Part shown: positions 60,067 through 64,000 of the stretch, in pieces | Position numbering within the stretch: position 1 is the stretch's first letter | Layout of the letters: every line of letters starts with the position of its first letter | Source: an uncultured Acidobacteriota bacterium | GTDB taxonomy: Bacteria; Acidobacteriota; Vicinamibacteria; Fen-336 | DNA: 64,000 bases | Reading direction: 5' to 3' | Assembly (NCBI GenBank): GCA_963847655.1 | Contig: CAWKAS010000005.1 | Coordinates: forward strand, 364,319-428,318 | The notes under the pieces: model-generated | What the model saw: the letters and a program-made list of their open reading frames with translations, nothing else | The model's database searches: none | Told to the model about the DNA's origin: nothing | Program-made: the position numbers and the translations under genes

Positions 60067-61032
60067 CTACCGACGCCCCAGGCCCACGCCGGGAGCGAGG
60101 CGCTCCCGCAGGACCTCACGCCGGAAGCGGAACAGCTCGGCCGGGCGGCCCACGCCCTGGGGCTCGACCACCCCGGTTCCCTCGACCAGGCCTCCCTTCT
60201 CGACGAGGCGACGGAAGTTCTGCTTGTGCAGGCGAGCCCCGGCCAGGGCCTCGACCACGCGCTGAAGGCGCAGGAGGGTGAAGGTCGGTGGCACCAGCTC
60301 GAAGACCACCGGCCGGTACTTGAGCTTGCCGCGCAGACGCCCCAGGGCGGTGGCCATGAGGCGCCGGTGGTCCAGGGCCATTGACACTCCCAGCACGGCG
60401 GGCTTCCCCGCGGAGGTCTTGCCGCGATCACGGCGCGCCTCCCCGACGAGGCCGGCCTCGTAGAGCAGCTCGTACCTCTCCAGCACCCGCTCGCCCCCGA
60501 ACGCGACACCGCGCAGGCCGAAGGCGATGTCGGCCCGCTCGCGGCGGGCCCGCCGGGTCTGGGCGTCCGAGGCCTTCCCCGCCCAGCGGGCCAGCGCCGG
60601 GGCGATCACGCCCTCGATCAGCTCGGGGCGGCCGGTGCGGGCGTCCTCCCAGGGCAGGAACTCGTAGAAGCCCCGCCAGCGGGCCCGGCCCCCTCCGGCC
60701 ACCCGGCCCTCGCGCACGAGAGCGAGGTAGGCGATCGAGAGGACGCGGGGACCGCCCGCCCGCTCCCGGGGGTCGCGGTGACGATCGCCGAAGGTGTACA
60801 GCTGCTCCGCATAGCCGAGCTCGAGGCCGGTCTGCTCGTGCACCCAGTCGCGCAGGCCCAGCTCCAGGGTGCGGTGACCGGCGGGGTCCAGGGGACCGAA
60901 GGGGAGCGCTGTCTCCTGAACGCCCGCTTCCTGCGGCCCGCGCTCCTTGCGCTCCACCGTCAGCAGCCGCGGCTCCTCGTCGGTCACCGCCACGATGACC
61001 GCGTTCAGGCCGACGATGAGGGAGGGGGACAC
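60067..61032 (-). CDS. nadQ: NadQ/NrtR-like Nudix-wHTH NAD regulator
   Basis: LPFGPLDP..HRTLE, EQLYTFGDR, KLKYRP, FTL..LQ, LHKQNFRR, GRPAELF. Confidence 0.85.
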   Translation of the reverse strand: MSPSLIVGLNAVIVAVTDEEPRLLTVERKERGPQEAGVQETALPFGPLDPAGHRTLELGLRDWVHEQTGLELGYAEQLYTFGDRHRDPRERAGGPRVLSIAYLALVREGRVAGGGRARWRGFYEFLPWEDARTGRPELIEGVIAPALARWAGKASDAQTRRARRERADIAFGLRGVAFGGERVLERYELLYEAGLVGEARRDRGKTSAGKPAVLGVSMALDHRRLMATALGRLRGKLKYRPVVFELVPPTFTLLRLQRVVEALAGARLHKQNFRRLVEKGGLVEGTGVVEPQGVGRPAELFRFRREVLRERLAPGVGLGRR

Positions 61033-61279
61033 CCGCGCTCTCCTACCGCGCTCGCCAGCCCCCGAACCGGCTCACCCCGGTGGGGGCTACGATGCGGGCC
61101 TCACCGGCGAAGAACCATGCCGGCGCGACGAGGGCGGGCAGTGAGCGGGGCACGAGGCACCTCCGGGTTGAACGCCGAGAGGACGCTAATGGGGTCCCTC
61201 GGGCATGTCAAGACACGCGCGCCCCTCGAACGGCCGTTCGCCGTCCTCACGGGTAGAATCGTCGCGAACGGAGGATACC

Positions 61280-62469
61280 GTGAGAGCGACGCGACCTGTC
61301 CGGCTGCTGGTTCCGCTGATCCTGGTCGCGCTCTCCCTCCTGGCGGTCTCCGGCGCCGCCGAGTCCCCAGCCAACGTGGTGCTGGTCTTCGCGGACGACC
61401 TGGGGTACGCGGGGAGCACGGCTACGCCACCGCGATATACGGCAAGTGGCACCTGGGGCACCTCCCCCCCTTCCTGCCCACGCGTCACGGCTTCGACGAC
61501 TACTACGGACTCCCCTACTCGAACGACATGTGGCCTTTCCACCCCGAGCGCCCGGACGACTATCCCCCGCTGCCCCTCATCGAGGGCGAAGAGACCATCG
61601 AGACCAATCCCGACCAGTCGAAGCTGACCGGCGCGTACGGGCGGCGGGCGGTGGCCTTCATCGAGGCCCACCGCGACCAGCCCTTCTTCGTGTACCTCCC
61701 CCACTCGATGCCCCACGTCCCGATCTTCGCGTCGGGCGGCTTCCGCGGACGAACGAAGCGAGGACTCTTCGGGGACATCATCGAGGAGATCGACGATACC
61801 GTGGGCCGCATCCTCGAGGCTCTCGAGCGGCTTGGGCTGGACCAGAACACCCTGGTGATCTTCACCTCCGACAACGGGCCGTGGTTGTCCTATGGCGACC
61901 ACGCCGGCTCCGCCGGTCCCCTCCGCGAGGGAAAGGGGACCTCCTTCGAGGGGGGTGTGGCCGTGCCCTTCGTGGCCCGCTGGCCGCGGCGGATCCCCGC
62001 GGGCACGGTGACGAGCGAACCCGCCATGACGATCGACATCCTGCCCACGATCGCCAGCTTGACGGGGGCGCCGCTTCCCCGGCTGCCCATCGACGGGAAG
62101 GACATTCGTCCGCTGCTCCTCGGCGAGCCGGGCGCGGCGTCTCCCCACGAGGCCCTCTTGTTCTACTGGGGCCGGCATCTCCAGGCGGTGCGGAGCGGGA
62201 AGTGGAAGCTCCACTTCCCCCACGAGTACCGGAGCCTGGGCGGACCCGCCGGATCAGGCGGGATGCCCGGCAAGTACATCCAGCGCTCCATCGACCTCGC
62301 GTTGTTCGACCTCGAGGCCGATCGCTCCGAGACCACCAACGTCGCGGCGCGACATCCACACGTCGTCAGGCGGCTGGAAGCCCTCGCCGAGAAGGCGCGA
62401 GCCGAGCTCGGCGACTCCGCTACCGGGCAGAGGGGACGCGGCGTGCGTGAGCCGGGTCACGTGAACTGA
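61280..62469 (+). pseudogene. arylsulfatase-family sulfatase with internal deletion and frameshift (~61410)
   Basis: Signal peptide plus NVVLVFADDLGY joins, out of frame, GYATAIYGKWHLG..FTSDNG; the CxPxR catalytic segment is absent. Confidence 0.8.
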
Positions 62470-62499
62470 TTCTCTTCGCCGTAGACCTCACATTTCCCA

Positions 62500-62528
62500 T
62501 TGACAGAAGTGACTTCGCTGCCTACCTT
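62500..62528 (+). promoter_or_regulatory. sigma70 promoter with spacer palindrome
   Basis: TTGACA-17 bp-TACCTT; GAAGTGACTTC palindrome in spacer. Confidence 0.7.
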
Positions 62529-62562
62529 GTGGAGCGCTGTGTTGAATGGAGTGCAGATCGAG

Positions 62563-62664
62563 ATGACGAGCTTGTTCAGTGCGACGCGCTGGTATGCGCG
62601 GCACCCGGTGTGCCCGCGCGACCTTCGTGTGCCTGGTTCCCGCAAGGAGGGGGCTGCGCCCTAG
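62563..62664 (+). CDS. candidate leader peptide (33 aa)
   Basis: MTSLFSATRWYARHPVCPRDLRVPGSRKEGAAP* between promoter and terminator. Confidence 0.3.
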   Translation: MTSLFSATRWYARHPVCPRDLRVPGSRKEGAAP

Positions 62665-62692
62665 AGACGGCCTGAGCTCGTTTCACGTCTGG

Positions 62693-62732
62693 AGGCCTTC
62701 CGGGGAGCGATCCCGGAGGGCCTTTTTGTTTT
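62693..62732 (+). terminator. rho-independent terminator/attenuator upstream of tRNA
   Basis: AGGCCTTCCGGG...CCCGGAGGGCCT followed by TTTTGTTTT. Confidence 0.8.
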
Positions 62733-62780
62733 GTGGCGATCGGCAGCGCCGATCGAAGAGGAGGAGTGCGTGCGTTCGGA

Positions 62781-62858
62781 GCCCCTGTAGCCCAACTCGG
62801 CAGAGGCCGCCGGCTCAGACCCGGCGCGTTGCAGGTTCGAATCCTGCCGGGGGCACCA
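62781..62858 (+). tRNA. tRNA-Leu(CAG) with short variable loop
   Basis: Acceptor GCCCCTG/CGGGGGC, A73, encoded CCA; anticodon arm GCCGG-CTCAGAC-CCGGC; T arm GCAGG-TTCGAAT-CCTGC; 5-nt variable loop. Confidence 0.85.
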
Positions 62859-62877
62859 GACGACGTGAAGGATGACG

Positions 62878-63420
62878 ATGCGGTGGCGAACGCTGAGAGG
62901 CGAGCGGATCGAGGACGTGCTGAGCTTCGTCCGTGACAACGCGGCCGAGGGGCAGAGCGTCCACGTGGGGACGGACTCGCTCCAGCTCCGGCAGGCGACG
63001 CGTTTCGTGACGGTCGTGGCGATCCTGAACCCGGGGCGGGGCGGGCGGGCGGCCTTCACCCGCGAGACGTCGCCGCGGATCACGTCGCTGCGCCAGCGGC
63101 TCATGCGCGAGGTGTGGCTGTCGGTGGACCTGGGACTGAGGCTCGACCCGGTGGTGCCGGGGGACCTGACCGTCCACATCGACGCCAACCCCGTCGTGAC
63201 GCACCGGAGCAGCGCGTACGTCCAGGAGCTTGTGGGCCTGGTGGTGAGCCAGGGCTTTCGGGCGCAGGTGAAGCCCGAGAGCTGGGCGGCGACCCACGCC
63301 GCGGACCGAATGGTCCGCGCCGCGGCCTGCCCGCCCACGACGAGGCCGCTGTCTCCCGGGCCGGCGGCGCACCCGCCCCGCACGGCGGTCGGCAGGGTGC
63401 GTTCCGTGCACGGGTTCTGA
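62878..63420 (+). CDS. YkuK/DUF458 ribonuclease H-like protein
   Basis: HVGTDS, FVTVVA, GRGG, RLMREVWLS, VHIDAN, KPESWAATHAADR. Confidence 0.85.
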   Translation: MRWRTLRGERIEDVLSFVRDNAAEGQSVHVGTDSLQLRQATRFVTVVAILNPGRGGRAAFTRETSPRITSLRQRLMREVWLSVDLGLRLDPVVPGDLTVHIDANPVVTHRSSAYVQELVGLVVSQGFRAQVKPESWAATHAADRMVRAAACPPTTRPLSPGPAAHPPRTAVGRVRSVHGF

Positions 63421-63458
63421 CGAAGGGAGGTGTCGGCACAGATACCAGCCTGTGACGC

Positions 63459-63531
63459 TGGTGGTTGGCTCAGCTAGGCAGAGCACCGACTGCGAGATCG
63501 GAAGTCGCAGGTTCGAATCCTGCACCACAAC
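63459..63531 (+). ncRNA. degenerate tRNA / tRNA-like element
   Basis: D arm GCTC..GAGC, T arm GCAGG-TTCGAAT-CCTGC; 4-bp anticodon stem with 8-nt loop CTGCGAGA; mismatched acceptor, no CCA. Confidence 0.65.
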
Positions 63532-63905
63532 TGTCGTACCCGTCGCACGCCTTCGGGGGACGTGCGCCGGCCTGTCGGTCCCGTCCCTACGCCCCCACGG
63601 GTCGAGGCGGGGCAGCACCGAACGGTGTCCTGCAGCACACGGATACCGGCCGGCCCGAAACGTCCCGAGCGCCCCGGCGCCCGAGACGCCCGGTCCGAAG
63701 CGCCCCCACCTGGGCTTCTCCGGGCTCTCGGGCGCCGGCTGGTGGCAGGACGGAGAGGGCCGCGCCTCAAGCGTCGCTCCACACCCGAAGGTGCGGCGGG
63801 CCCGGTGGCTCGTCCTCCGGAGGTTCTTTCGCTGACGTCGTCGTCGTTCATCGTTGTCGTTGTCGTGCCGTCTGGACCGTTGGTCGTACGAAAGGAAGGT
63901 GCCCC

Positions 63906-64000
63906 GTGTGGGCGATCGTTCGTCGGATCAAGATCCGGGAGTACGAGCGCGGTCTCGTCTTCCGGGAGAACTCGTTCGAGGGCGTGCTGCGTCCGGGCGT
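63906..64000 (+). CDS. 5' end of probable slipin/SPFH (band 7) protein (partial)
   Basis: AAGGAAGGT RBS; MWAIVRRIKIREYERGLVFRENSFEGVLRPG matches the slipin N-terminal ERGL.F...L.PG pattern. Confidence 0.6.
   Translation, partial: MWAIVRRIKIREYERGLVFRENSFEGVLRPG

Noticed and set aside
62809-62825. TCA in the anticodon loop suggesting tRNA-Sec or an opal suppressor
   Set aside because: In the 7-nt loop CTCAGAC the anticodon positions read CAG; no Sec-type long arms.
63835-63868. TCG/TTG low-complexity repeat
   Set aside because: Short and irregular; not a CRISPR or meaningful tandem array.

Overview
GC-rich bacterial window (about 70% GC by eye). Gene content and order suggest a sulfate-reducing member of Acidobacteriota; this is an inference. 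Bases 0.2-9.4 kb hold recQ, a DinB-family gene and a lysine/DAP operon (lysC-dapB-dapA-dapD-M20-alr). Bases 9.5-48.6 kb are a dissimilatory sulfate-reduction island. It contains aprBA, qmoABC (qmoB has two 1-nt frameshifts), a ~10-heme cytochrome c fused to a TauE-type transporter plus a TIGR02186-type partner, sat, a second dsrMK-like pair, a YeiH-type exporter, dsrABD, a ferritin-like gene, dsrL, dsrN, dsrC-T-MKJOP, a CoADR-rhodanese enzyme and cysG. It ends with a PhnD-like binding protein, a histidine kinase and a sigma54 activator. Sigma54-type promoters precede the apr and dsr operons, and both have the same upstream palindrome (GTTWC-N6-GWAAC). A convergent minus-strand operon (48.8-54.8 kb) encodes Rrf2, a degenerate macrodomain, a third DsrM/K-like pair whose Fe-S subunit carries a phospho-receiver domain, a Cys-PAS kinase and two stand-alone receivers. 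These are followed by NmrA, nadABC with nadQ and its operators, and a deleted sulfatase. The window ends in an attenuator-controlled locus with a short-arm tRNA-Leu(CAG), a YkuK RNase H-like gene, a degenerate tRNA and the start of a slipin gene. All family assignments come from motif recognition by eye; no database searches were run.
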